Made by a program: the position numbers and the translations under genes. A stretch of 64,000 nucleotides of DNA from Woeseiaceae bacterium (GTDB lineage: Bacteria > Pseudomonadota > Gammaproteobacteria > Steroidobacterales > Woeseiaceae): contig DASSBS010000048.1 of NCBI GenBank assembly GCA_035698445.1, positions 4,367-68,366 of the forward strand, given 5' to 3'. The notes below the pieces were generated by a model. It searched no databases, was not told where the DNA came from, and was given only the letters and a program-made list of their open reading frames with translations. Below are positions 44,057 through 54,285 of this stretch, piece by piece. Position 1 is the stretch's first letter; every line of letters starts with the position of its first letter.

Positions 44057-44900
44057 ATGGTGACGTCCTATTGTGCGGATGGCGTCGCCGCCGCCGAGCT
44101 GGTGCTGGACGCCAATGGACCGGTCCGCGTCTTCTACGACATGGACACGCCCGTCACGCTCGACCACCTGCAGGCCGGCCGCGCCGTCGCCTGGCTCGGC
44201 AGCCGCGGCCTGCGCGATTTTGACCTCGTGCTGAGCTATACCGGCGGCCGGGCGCTGGCCGCGCTGCGTGAGCGGCTCGGCGCCCGCCGCGTCGCGCCGC
44301 TCTACGGCAGCGTGGACCCCGACGTGCACCGCCCGGCAGAACGGCTCGCCTGCTTCGCCGCCGACCTGTCCTGGCTCGGCACCTATGCCGAGGACCGGCA
44401 GGACACGCTGGAGGCGCTGTTCGTCGAGCCGGCACGGCGCCTGCCGCGGCTGCGATTCCTGATCGGCGGCGCGCAATACCCGGAAGCATTCCCGTGGTCC
44501 GGCAACATCTTCTTCGTGCGCCACGTGGCGCCCGAGCAGCATCCCGCGTTTTACTCCTCGAGCCGCTTGACGCTGAACGTCACCCGCCGCGCGATGCGGG
44601 AGATGGGCTACTGCCCTTCCGGCCGGCTCTTCGAAGCCGCCGCCTGCGGCGTGCCCCTCCTGACGGACGATTGGGAGGGGCTCGACAGCTTCTTTTGAAC
44701 CCGGCTCGGAGGTGCTGGTCGCGCACACCACCGACGACGCGGTGGAAGCGCTCCAGCTCTCGCCCGAGACGCTCTCGGTCATCGCGCACCGCGCACGCGA
44801 ACGGGTGCTCGACGAGCATACGGCCGCCCAGCGGGTGCGCGAGCTCATGGCCGCGCTGGAAGACGACGCTTCCGGCCTGCCCGCGCAGCCTTCCCCATCC
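44057..44900 (+). pseudogene. CgeB-like glycosyltransferase (DUF3880-type), 5'-truncated and frameshifted in a T4 run
   Basis: ORF 44057..44698 (…FYDMDTPVTL…LSYTGG…PLYGSVDP…LSWLGTYAEDRQ…TLNVTRRAMREMGYCPSGRLFEAAACGVPLLTDDWEGLDSFF*). It continues in the frame of ORF 44712 as EPGSEVLVAHTTDDAVEAL...ARERVLDEHTAAQRVREL. The shift is at TTTT 44693-44696. About 90 N-terminal residues expected for this family are absent. The 3' end given is approximate. Confidence 0.5.
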
Positions 44901-44931
44901 CTCTCGCCGGCACCGCTGGGGGAGGCCTATC

Positions 44932-45222
44932 ATGTGGGGCATCATTCCAGCCGCGGGAGCCGGCAATCGCATCCAGCCGCTCGCATTCTCGAAGGAGCTG
45001 CTACCCGTCGGCAGCCGGCTCGATGGGCCGACGGAATGCCCCCGGGCCGTGAGCGAATACCTCGTGGAGCGGATGATCGCGGCGGGTGCCACCCTCCTCT
45101 GCTTCGTGATCTCGCCCGGGAAATCCGACATTCTCGGCTACTACGGCGGCCGCGTCGGTCCTGCCGACGCCGTGCCCGTGCCGAGCCGGAGAAGCCGAAG
45201 CGCGCACGCCCGGTGGCGCAGC
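44932..45222 (+). pseudogene. Nucleotidyltransferase (sugar-1-phosphate NTP-transferase-like) N-terminal fragment
   Basis: ATG 44932 with GGAGG 7 nt upstream. MWGIIPAAGAGNRIQPLAFSKELLPVGS...LCFVISPGKSDILGYYGG carries the GxGxR nucleotide-binding loop. After only about 85 residues it runs directly into the next gene's start. Confidence 0.45.
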
Positions 45223-45815
45223 ATGACCACGTTCTATCTGGTCCGGCACGCTGAGAAGGACGGGCCGGCCGACCTGCTCTCCGGCCGCGCCCCGGGTCTC
45301 GGGCTATCGGCGGCCGGCCAGCGGCAGGCCGAGCAACTGGCCGACGCTCTCGCGCACGAGCCGATCGGGCGCGTGTCAGCAGCCCGCTGCAGCGTGCCCG
45401 CGAGACTGCGCTGCCCCTCGCGCGGCGCCTGGGGGTGGAACCCGAGCAGTCGGAAGCGCTCCGGGATATCGATTACGGTGTGTGGACCGACCGCACCGCC
45501 GAGTCGCTGGAAGGCGATCCCGAATGGCGCCGCTTCCACGCGTTTCGCAGCGGCCAGCGCATCCCGGAGGGCGAGTTCCTCGCCGACGTGCAGGGGCGCT
45601 TCGTGCGCGAGATGCTGCGGCTGCGCTCCGACGTGCCCGAAGGCGGAGTCGCACTCGTGAGCCACAGCGACCCGATCAAGCTCGCGATCGCACACTTCGC
45701 CGGCGTGCCGCTCGACCTGTTCAGCCGCTTCGAAATCGATTCCGCGTCGCTCAGCATTCTGGTGCTGACCGGTGACGCCGTGCGGATCGTGGGCATCAAT
45801 CGGCTTATCGCCTGA
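45223..45815 (+). pseudogene. Histidine phosphatase (phosphoglycerate-mutase-like) family gene with one frameshift
   Basis: MTTFYLVRHAEKDG...GLSAAGQRQAEQLADALAHEPIGRV (RHG-type motif) is in one frame. SSPLQRARETALPLARRLGVEPEQSEALRDIDYG...VALVSHSDPIKLAI is in the frame of ORF 45435..45815. The shift is near 45371-45380. Confidence 0.55.
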
Positions 45816-45828
45816 CGCGGGTGCTAAT

Positions 45829-46524
45829 TTAACTGCGCAGCCGGTCCGCGAGCTCTGCGTAATTGGCAATGACGTCGGCCAGCGGCCGCCGCTCCTGCTT
45901 TTTCTTCTGCTGCACGAGCGGCTCCACGTCGACTTCGAGGAAGCGCTGGATACAAGCCGTGCTGCGTTCCCAGTCGCCCGTGAGCGTCTCGTAATCGAGA
46001 TCGAGGGCCGGCACGCCGTGGAGCATTTCGCGCCGCCGCCGTAGCTGCGCGTCCCGCTCGCGCACCCACGAACGGAACTCGTCCGGGTCGATCCTGATGA
46101 CGGGCCGGTGCTCCGGCCGGTAGACGCGGTCGTTGTCATGCGGGTGAAAGACGCCGGTGTGCCGGACCACCTCCGCCGACGCGTACTGCGCCAGGCGATC
46201 CCGCCGGGTGAGCCAGATGACGCGCAGTTCAGGCAGCTCGCGTATCCGGCTCCACGCATCCGCCCAATGAGTCGTAGACGGCAGCGGCAGGAAGATCATC
46301 GCCTTGAAGCCGCAGGCCTCGACGCCTCGCGCCTGCATAGAGCGCTCCAGGATGGCCTCCGCCGAGGCGCCCAGCCGGTCGAAGCCCTCGATCCGGTTGT
46401 CCGGAAGCTCTTTCGAGTGGAACAGCTCGCCGTAGCAGCGGATCTGCGGATGCTCGTCGAGGCTGGTCGCGAGCAGCGTCGAGCCGGTCCTGAGATCGGC
46501 GACGATAGCGAACGGTTTGGGCAT
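45829..46524 (-). CDS. Sulfotransferase-family protein (Stf0-like)
   Basis: ORF 45829..46524. N-terminal PAPS-binding-type loop ADLRTGSTLL, plus WLTRRDRLAQYAS. About 103 bp downstream of nuoN on the same strand. Confidence 0.7.
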   Translation of the reverse strand: MPKPFAIVADLRTGSTLLATSLDEHPQIRCYGELFHSKELPDNRIEGFDRLGASAEAILERSMQARGVEACGFKAMIFLPLPSTTHWADAWSRIRELPELRVIWLTRRDRLAQYASAEVVRHTGVFHPHDNDRVYRPEHRPVIRIDPDEFRSWVRERDAQLRRRREMLHGVPALDLDYETLTGDWERSTACIQRFLEVDVEPLVQQKKKQERRPLADVIANYAELADRLRS

Positions 46525-46627
46525 CGGTCATTGCCAGCATGTGCGACATGAGCCTTGCTGCAAAAACCGTGCCGTGGAGCGCTCTTGTCGTGTTGGAAGG
46601 TTTTAAAGCGTGCTGAACAATGAAGAA

Positions 46628-48070
46628 TCAAGGATGCCTTGCGAATACGTCCACGCAGAGCTGCAGCAACCACCCCGGGAGAATACCGAGCGCGAGAACG
46701 GCAAGCCCGTTGATGCTGAGCGCAAACCGCGTTTCGAAGTTCGACTGCAGCACCGAGCGATCCTGCGGCTGGTCGAAGTACATGTACCAGACCACGCGCA
46801 GGTAATAGAAGGCGCCGATCACCGAGGCGAGCACCATCAGCACGGCGAGCGCGGGGTAGCCCGCGTCCAGCACGGCGTTGATGGAGTACAGCTTGGCAAA
46901 GAAGCCGACCCAGGGCGGCACGCCGGCCAGGCCGAACATGAAGAACAGCATCATCACCGCGAACCACGGGCTGCGCGCGTTGAGTCCCTTGAAGTCGCTG
47001 ATGTTCTCCGCTTCGTAACCCTTGCGGCTCAGCAGGATCACCATCGCGAACGAGCCCGCGGCCATGATCACGTAGGTCAGCGTGTAGTACAGTCCCGCCG
47101 CGTAGCCGGTCGGGGTGCCGCACAGCACCGCCGCGAGAATGAAGCCCACGTGCGCGATCGTCGAATAGCCCAGCATGCGCTTGATGTTGCTCTGCGCGAT
47201 GGCGACCACGTTGCCGACGATCAGCGACAGCACCGAGAGCACCAGCACCATGCCCTCCCACACCTCGTGAATCGCGCCGAGCCCGTCCGCCAGGATGCGG
47301 ATAATCAGCGCGATGGCCGCGAGCTTCGGCGCCGCCACGAGGTACAGCGTGACCGGCGTGCGCGCGCCCTGGTAGACGTCCGGCAGCCACATGTGGAATG
47401 GGACCGCCCCGAACTTGAAGCCGATGCCGACCAGCATGAACGCGATGCCGAACCAGAGTGCGACGCCGTTCATTCCGGGATTCGCCTGGAGCGCGGCCGC
47501 GATCTCGTGAAACTGGAGGCTGCCGGTCACGCCGTAGGTCCACGAAATGCCGTAGAGCAGCGAGCCAGAGGCGATCGCCCCGAGCACGAAATACTTCATC
47601 GCGGATTCCGCGGCATCCTTGGAGTGACGATCGATGGCGACCAGCGAGTATTGCGAGAGCGCCAGGGTCTCGAGACCGAGATACATGGTCAGGAGGCCGT
47701 TGGACGACATCATGATCATCATGCCCAGCAGCCCGAACATGCCGAGCGTGAAGAACTCACCCTTTAGCAGACTGTTCTGCGTCAGGTAGTGGCGCGCGTA
47801 TACAAAGCTCAGGCCCACCAGGATCACGGACGCGAGTTTCAGGAGCTGGGAAAACGCATCACTGACATAGCCCCCGCCGAACAGCACCGTCCGCGATTCC
47901 GGCGCCGTGGCCACCAGCAGCACCGCGATCACCGCCAGCGAGGCGAGGCTCACCCAGTACGTAATGGCGCGCTGGTGCTCCTCGATGAAGAGATCGACGA
48001 CGAGCACCACGCAGATCAACGTGAGCAACGCGATCTCCGGAAGCGCGGGCACGATGTCGGTCCAGTTCAT
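46628..48070 (-). CDS. nuoN: NADH-quinone oxidoreductase subunit N
   Basis: ORF 46628..48070. A polytopic ND2-like antiporter subunit and the last gene of the nuo series by order. Confidence 0.9.
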   Translation of the reverse strand: MNWTDIVPALPEIALLTLICVVLVVDLFIEEHQRAITYWVSLASLAVIAVLLVATAPESRTVLFGGGYVSDAFSQLLKLASVILVGLSFVYARHYLTQNSLLKGEFFTLGMFGLLGMMIMMSSNGLLTMYLGLETLALSQYSLVAIDRHSKDAAESAMKYFVLGAIASGSLLYGISWTYGVTGSLQFHEIAAALQANPGMNGVALWFGIAFMLVGIGFKFGAVPFHMWLPDVYQGARTPVTLYLVAAPKLAAIALIIRILADGLGAIHEVWEGMVLVLSVLSLIVGNVVAIAQSNIKRMLGYSTIAHVGFILAAVLCGTPTGYAAGLYYTLTYVIMAAGSFAMVILLSRKGYEAENISDFKGLNARSPWFAVMMLFFMFGLAGVPPWVGFFAKLYSINAVLDAGYPALAVLMVLASVIGAFYYLRVVWYMYFDQPQDRSVLQSNFETRFALSINGLAVLALGILPGWLLQLCVDVFARHP

Positions 48071-48087
48071 GCTTTCCTCACCTGCCC

Positions 48088-49629
48088 TTAAAGCGCCGCG
48101 AGCTTGGACTGCCCGAGCTGGTCGACGAGTTGCTCGACAGTTGCCGTCATCATGTCGACCAGCGGCGCCGGCCAGATGCCGATCAGCAGCACCGCGAGAG
48201 CCAGCACGCCGAGCACGATGAACTCGCGCTGGTTGAGCGGCTCCATGGCGGCGACCCTGTCATTGCCGGGCTCGCCGTACAGCACGCGTTTGATCATCCA
48301 CAGCGTGTAGGCGGCGCCCAGCACGAGAATGCTTGCCGCGGCGAACGAAAACCAGAAGCTCGCCCTGAAGCTCGCGACGATGACCATGAATTCACCAACG
48401 AAGCCGGAAGTCCCGGGCAGCCCGACGTTGGCCATCGCGAACAGCACCATCAACCCGGCGAACCACGGCATGCTGTTGCCGACCCCGCCGTAGTCCGCGA
48501 TCTGCCGGCTGTGCAGGCGGTCGTACATCACGCCGATGCACAGGAACATCGCGCCGGAAACGAGGCCGTGCGACACCATCTGCACCATGCCGCCCGTCAC
48601 GCCGAGCGCCGCGCCGGCGCTGTCCCCGTGCCGCTCCAGGATCGCCCACAGCAGGAAGAACCCGAGCGTGACGAACCCCATGTGCGCGATCGACGAGTAG
48701 GCGACCAGTTTCTTCATGTCCTTCTGCATCAGCGCGACGAGGCTGATGTAGACGATGGCGATCAGCGACAGGGCAATCATCAACCCGGCGAAATACTCGC
48801 TCGCGTCCGGCAGCATCGGCAGGGACATGCGCACGAAGCCGTAACCGCCCATTTTCAGCATGATGGCCGCCAGGATGACCGAGCCGCCGGTCGGCGCCTC
48901 GACGTGCGCATCGGGCAACCAGGTGTGGACGGGCCACATCGGCACCTTCACCGCGAAAGCGATCAGGAACGCCAGGAAGATGAACTGCTGCTCCTTCAGG
49001 GTCAGCGGCACCTCGACGAAGGACGCGAAGCCGAAATCGCCGGCCTGCACGTACAGGTAGATGAAGGCGACGAGCAGCAGCACCGAGCCGAAGAACGTGT
49101 ACAGGAAGAACTTCAGCGTGGCGTACACCCGTCGCTCGCCGCCCCACATGCCGATGATCAGGAACATCGGCACGAGCATGGCTTCCCACATGACGTAGAA
49201 CAGCACGCCGTCGAGCGCCGAGAACACGCCGATCATCAGGCCCTCGAGAATGAGGAACGCCGCGAAATACTGCGCCGGCCGTGACTTGATCGTGTCCCAG
49301 CCCGCGATCACCACGAGCGGCGTGATGAAGGTCGTCAGCAGGATCAGGGGCGCGGAGATGCCGTCGACGCCGAGGTGATAGTCGATGTTGAACGCCTCGA
49401 TCCACGGCACGCGCTCGACGAACTGCATGGCCGCGGTCGAGGTGTCGAAGCCCGTGTAGAGGAAAATGCTGATGACGAACGTCAGCAGCGACGCAGCCAG
49501 CGCCAGCAGGCGCATGTGCCCTGCCCGCGCCGATGCCGCATCGCCGGCGTCACCCAGCGCCAGCAGGCCGACACCGCCGGCGATCGGAACCCAGATCAGC
49601 AAGCTCAGAATGTAATGCGAGAGACCCAT
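48088..49629 (-). CDS. nuoM: NADH-quinone oxidoreductase subunit M
   Basis: ORF 48088..49629. ND4-like subunit (…WPVHTWLPDAHVEAPTGGSVILAAIMLKMGGYG…). Confidence 0.92.
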   Translation of the reverse strand: MGLSHYILSLLIWVPIAGGVGLLALGDAGDAASARAGHMRLLALAASLLTFVISIFLYTGFDTSTAAMQFVERVPWIEAFNIDYHLGVDGISAPLILLTTFITPLVVIAGWDTIKSRPAQYFAAFLILEGLMIGVFSALDGVLFYVMWEAMLVPMFLIIGMWGGERRVYATLKFFLYTFFGSVLLLVAFIYLYVQAGDFGFASFVEVPLTLKEQQFIFLAFLIAFAVKVPMWPVHTWLPDAHVEAPTGGSVILAAIMLKMGGYGFVRMSLPMLPDASEYFAGLMIALSLIAIVYISLVALMQKDMKKLVAYSSIAHMGFVTLGFFLLWAILERHGDSAGAALGVTGGMVQMVSHGLVSGAMFLCIGVMYDRLHSRQIADYGGVGNSMPWFAGLMVLFAMANVGLPGTSGFVGEFMVIVASFRASFWFSFAAASILVLGAAYTLWMIKRVLYGEPGNDRVAAMEPLNQREFIVLGVLALAVLLIGIWPAPLVDMMTATVEQLVDQLGQSKLAAL

Positions 49630-49637
49630 GGCCGGCG

Positions 49638-51596
49638 TCAGAACCAGAGCAGCCAGCCGAGGATCGCGGTCAGCCCGATGATCATGGCGAAGGCATAATG
49701 ATAAAGGTAGCCCGACTGCACGCGCCGCAGCACGCCGGCCGCGCGCCCGATCGAATTGGCCGTGCCGTTGACCAGCACTCCGTCGATCAGCCGCTCGTCA
49801 CCGGTGTGCCACAGGAAACCTCCGGCGGCGCGGCCGCCGGCGGCAAAGCCCCGGATGTAGAGGTCGTCGAAGTAGTACTTGCGGACGAGCAGCTCGTGAA
49901 GTCCGGAGAGTTTCTCGCGGATCTCGACGTGCAGCCCGGGCCGCTTCAGGTAAGCGAACCACGCCACCAGCGCCCCGGCGAGCATGTACCAGAACGTCGT
50001 TCCCTGGAAGCTGTGCAGGATGAACTGCCACCCGCCGTGGTAGGTCTCGCCGAGCTCCGCCAGCACGTCGTGGCCTTCCAGCACGAACAGTGAATTACCG
50101 AAGTATCCGCCGAACAGCACCGGCTCGATGGCGATCCAGCCGATGATCGCCGAAGGGATGGCGAGCAGGACCAGCGGCACGGTCACGACCAGCGGCGACT
50201 CGTGCAAGTGCGCGCGCGCGTGCGGGTCCGTGCGTTCCTCGCCGTGGAACACCAGGAACAGCAGGCGGAAGGAGTACAACGCGGTGACGAAGACACCCAG
50301 CGACACGCTGAGATAGGCGATCCAGTAGGGCAGGCCCTCCCAGTGCGACTCCCGCACGGCCTCGATGAGCGCGTCCTTGGAGAAAAACCCGGCGGTGCCC
50401 GGGAAGCCGACCAGCGCCAGCGTGCCGATCAGCGCCGTCCAGTACGTCACCGGCATGTACTTCTTGAGGCCACCCATCTTGCGCATGTCCTGCTCGTGGT
50501 GCAGCGCAATGATGACGGAACCGGCGGCGAGGAACAGCAGCGCCTTGAAGAAGGCGTGCGTCATCAGGTGGAAGATCGCGGCACCGTAAGCCGAGGCCCC
50601 GAGCGCCACCGTCATGTAACCGAGCTGCGACAGCGTCGAATACGCGATCACCCGTTTGATGTCGTTCTGCACGATGCCGAGCAGCCCCATGAAGAACGCC
50701 GTCAAGGCGCCGATGACGAGCACCACCGCCAGCGCCGTCTCGGACAGCTCGTAAAGCGGCGACATCCGCGCGACCATGAAGATGCCGGCCGTCACCATGG
50801 TCGCGGCATGGATCAGGGCGGAGATCGGCGTCGGGCCTTCCATGGAATCCGGCAGCCACACGTGCAGGGGCGCCTGCGCGGATTTGCCCATCGCGCCGAT
50901 AAACAGGAGAACGCAGATCACCGTCATCGCGTTCCACGACGAGCCGCCCAGGATGGCGAACTCCTGCCCGGCGATGGCTTCGGCCTGGCCGAACACCGTG
51001 GCGTAGTCCAGCGACCCGCTCGCCGTCACGACGGCCGCGATGCCGACCAGGAAGCCGAAATCCCCTACCCGGTTCACCAGGAACGCCTTCAGGCTGGCGA
51101 AGATCGCGGATTCGCGCCTGAACCAGAACCCGATCAGCAGGTAGGACACCAGCCCGACCGCCTCCCAGCCGAAGAAGAGCTGCAGGAAGTTGTTCGACAT
51201 GACGAGCATCAGCATGGCGAACGTGAACAGCGAGATGTGGCTGAAAAAGCGCGTGTAGCCGGGATCGTCGTGCATGTAGCCGATGGTGTAGACATGCACC
51301 ATCAGCGACACGAAGGTCACGACCACCATCATGAGCGCGCTCAGCCGGTCGATGAGGAAGCCGACCTCCATGCGCAGGCCGTCCACCACGGCCCAGCTAT
51401 AGACCGTGTAGTTCGCCGCCTGTCCGCCGTCGAAATAAAGGTTCTTCAGCACCAGCAGCGACAGCACGAATGACAGGCCGACCGCGAGGATCGTCACCCA
51501 GTGCGCACCGGCGCGGCCGATCTGCCGGCCGAACAGCCCGGCAACAATCGCCGCCGCGAGCGGCGCCAGGACGATGGTCAGGTGAGTCGCTTGCAT
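49638..51596 (-). CDS. nuoL: NADH-quinone oxidoreductase subunit L
   Basis: ORF 49638..51596. ND5-like subunit (…PLHVWLPDSMEGPTPISALIHAATMVTAG…), 652 aa. Confidence 0.92.
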   Translation of the reverse strand: MQATHLTIVLAPLAAAIVAGLFGRQIGRAGAHWVTILAVGLSFVLSLLVLKNLYFDGGQAANYTVYSWAVVDGLRMEVGFLIDRLSALMMVVVTFVSLMVHVYTIGYMHDDPGYTRFFSHISLFTFAMLMLVMSNNFLQLFFGWEAVGLVSYLLIGFWFRRESAIFASLKAFLVNRVGDFGFLVGIAAVVTASGSLDYATVFGQAEAIAGQEFAILGGSSWNAMTVICVLLFIGAMGKSAQAPLHVWLPDSMEGPTPISALIHAATMVTAGIFMVARMSPLYELSETALAVVLVIGALTAFFMGLLGIVQNDIKRVIAYSTLSQLGYMTVALGASAYGAAIFHLMTHAFFKALLFLAAGSVIIALHHEQDMRKMGGLKKYMPVTYWTALIGTLALVGFPGTAGFFSKDALIEAVRESHWEGLPYWIAYLSVSLGVFVTALYSFRLLFLVFHGEERTDPHARAHLHESPLVVTVPLVLLAIPSAIIGWIAIEPVLFGGYFGNSLFVLEGHDVLAELGETYHGGWQFILHSFQGTTFWYMLAGALVAWFAYLKRPGLHVEIREKLSGLHELLVRKYYFDDLYIRGFAAGGRAAGGFLWHTGDERLIDGVLVNGTANSIGRAAGVLRRVQSGYLYHYAFAMIIGLTAILGWLLWF

Positions 51597-51608
51597 GCTC
51601 AGCCTTTC

Positions 51609-51674
51609 CTGCAGGAGCCCGTCTCACGGGCGATTCGGTCGTCGGCGAGTCGCCCGCGCGACGGGCTCCTGCAG
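51609..51674. repeat. REP-like inverted-repeat element, copy A (nuoL-nuoK intergenic)
   Basis: CTGCAGGAGCCCGTCTCACGGGCGA -16 nt- TCGCCCGCGCGACGGGCTCCTGCAG, with 2 mismatches between the arms. It shares the core GGAGCCCGTCTCACGGGCGA with copies B and C. Confidence 0.8.
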
Positions 51675-51701
51675 CAAAGAAAAGGATTTCGCTCCATCGG
51701 C

Positions 51702-52013
51702 CTAACCCTTCATCGAGTCGAGATCTTGCACATTGATCGACTGCCGGGTACGGAACAGCACGACCAGGATAGCCAGCCCGATCGCCGCCTCCGCCGCCGC
51801 CACGGTCAGGATGAAAAACACGAAGATCTGGCCCGTCGGATCGCCGAGGTAACGCGAGAAAGCGATGAAATTGAAGTTGACCGCCAGCAGCATGAGCTCG
51901 ATGCACATGAGCAGCAGGATGAGATTGCGCCGGTTGATGAAGATCCCGGCCACGCTCAGCGCGAACAGGATCGCGCCGATCGTCAGGTAATGCTGCAGGC
52001 CAATGGCCATCAT
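51702..52013 (-). CDS. nuoK: NADH-quinone oxidoreductase subunit K
   Basis: ORF 51702..52013. ND4L-like subunit with 3 TM helices. Its start overlaps the nuoJ stop (ATGA). Confidence 0.9.
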   Translation of the reverse strand: MMAIGLQHYLTIGAILFALSVAGIFINRRNLILLLMCIELMLLAVNFNFIAFSRYLGDPTGQIFVFFILTVAAAEAAIGLAILVVLFRTRQSINVQDLDSMKG

Positions 52014-52615
52014 CGCCGCTCCTCCGCCTGCATGGAGACGATGCGGATACGGTCTTCGCTCCGGACGGACGTCTGGTAGGCGATGTCCTGCTCCTTCAGC
52101 CCCGGCCGCTTGCGCATCGTCAGCGTGATCGCGGAGACGATCGCGAGCAGGAGGATGACGGCCGCGATCTCGAACGCGTACACGTGCTCGGTGTAGAGAA
52201 TGGAGCCCAGCGCCTCGGTGTTGCTATAACCCGGAGGCAGCGGCACGAACCCGCCGGTGCCGGCCGTCGCGACGTTGCTCCGCAGCCAGATCACCTGCGC
52301 CAGCTCGATCACCATCAGCACCGCGATCAGCAACCCGAGCGGTGCATAGCGGACCAGCCCGCCGCGAACTTTCGCCACGGCCACGTCCAGCATCATGACG
52401 ACGAACAGGAACAGCACCATGACCGCCCCGACGTACACGAGCACCAGCACGATGGCGAGGAACTCGGCCTCGGCCATGAGCCAGAGCACCGCGCTCTGGA
52501 AAAACGAGAGGATCAGGAGCAGCACCGCGTGCACCGGGTTGCGTGCGAGGATCACGCCCACGGCGGCGGCAACCAATACCGCGGCAAAAAAATAGAACAG
52601 CAGTGAAAAGATCAA
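52010..52615 (-). CDS. nuoJ: NADH-quinone oxidoreductase subunit J
   Basis: ORF 52010..52615. ND6-like membrane subunit, assigned by position in the operon. Confidence 0.88.
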   Translation of the reverse strand: MIFSLLFYFFAAVLVAAAVGVILARNPVHAVLLLILSFFQSAVLWLMAEAEFLAIVLVLVYVGAVMVLFLFVVMMLDVAVAKVRGGLVRYAPLGLLIAVLMVIELAQVIWLRSNVATAGTGGFVPLPPGYSNTEALGSILYTEHVYAFEIAAVILLLAIVSAITLTMRKRPGLKEQDIAYQTSVRSEDRIRIVSMQAEERR

Positions 52616-52625
52616 CGCCGCATCC

Positions 52626-53117
52626 TTACTTGTACTTCGCGTCCGCCGCCTTGTCGGCGGAGATCATCGCCTCGAAGCGGTCGCCGACGGCGAGCAGCTT
52701 GTCCTTGGTCATGATGTTCTCGCCCGGCGTTTCCATATGGTATTCGTGGATGCGCGTCTCCACGATCGCGTCGACCGGGCAGGATTCCTCGCAGAAGCCG
52801 CAGTAGATGCATTTGAACAGGTCGATGTCGTAGCGGGTCGTGCGGCGCGTGCCGTCGTCGGCGACGTCCGATTCGATGGTAATTGCGAGCGCCGGGCAAA
52901 CGGCCTCGCAGAGCTTGCAGGCGATGCAGCGCTCCTCCCCGTTGGGGTAGCGGCGCAGCGCGTGCAAGCCGCGGTAGCGGTAGGACTGCGGCGTCTTTTC
53001 TTCCGGGTACTGCACGGTCACTTCGTCGCGGAAGAAATTGCGCAGCGTCGCATCGAGCCCCTTCCAGAGATCGTAGAGCGAGATCGCCCGGAAGAAATTG
53101 CCCAACCGGCTGGCCAT
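52626..53117 (-). CDS. nuoI: NADH-quinone oxidoreductase subunit I
   Basis: ORF 52626..53123 (GTG), ATG 53117 preferred (GGAGG 9 nt upstream). Two 4Fe-4S motifs: [12 protein letters not shown] and [12 protein letters not shown]. Confidence 0.92.
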   Translation of the reverse strand: MASRLGNFFRAISLYDLWKGLDATLRNFFRDEVTVQYPEEKTPQSYRYRGLHALRRYPNGEERCIACKLCEAVCPALAITIESDVADDGTRRTTRYDIDLFKCIYCGFCEESCPVDAIVETRIHEYHMETPGENIMTKDKLLAVGDRFEAMISADKAADAKYK

Positions 53118-53132
53118 TACCACTCGCCTCCC

Positions 53133-53197
53133 GTAGAAGCCCGTCTCACGGGCGACCCGACGCCGACCGTCGCGTCGCCCGTGAGACGGGCTCCTGC
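53133..53197. repeat. REP-like inverted-repeat element, copy B (nuoI-nuoH intergenic)
   Basis: GTAGAAGCCCGTCTCACGGGCGA -19 nt- TCGCCCGTGAGACGGGCTCCTGC. Confidence 0.8.
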
Positions 53198-53217
53198 AAA
53201 AACGCCGCTTCGCGCCG

Positions 53218-54281
<1,064 letters not shown>

Positions 54282-54285
<4 letters not shown>

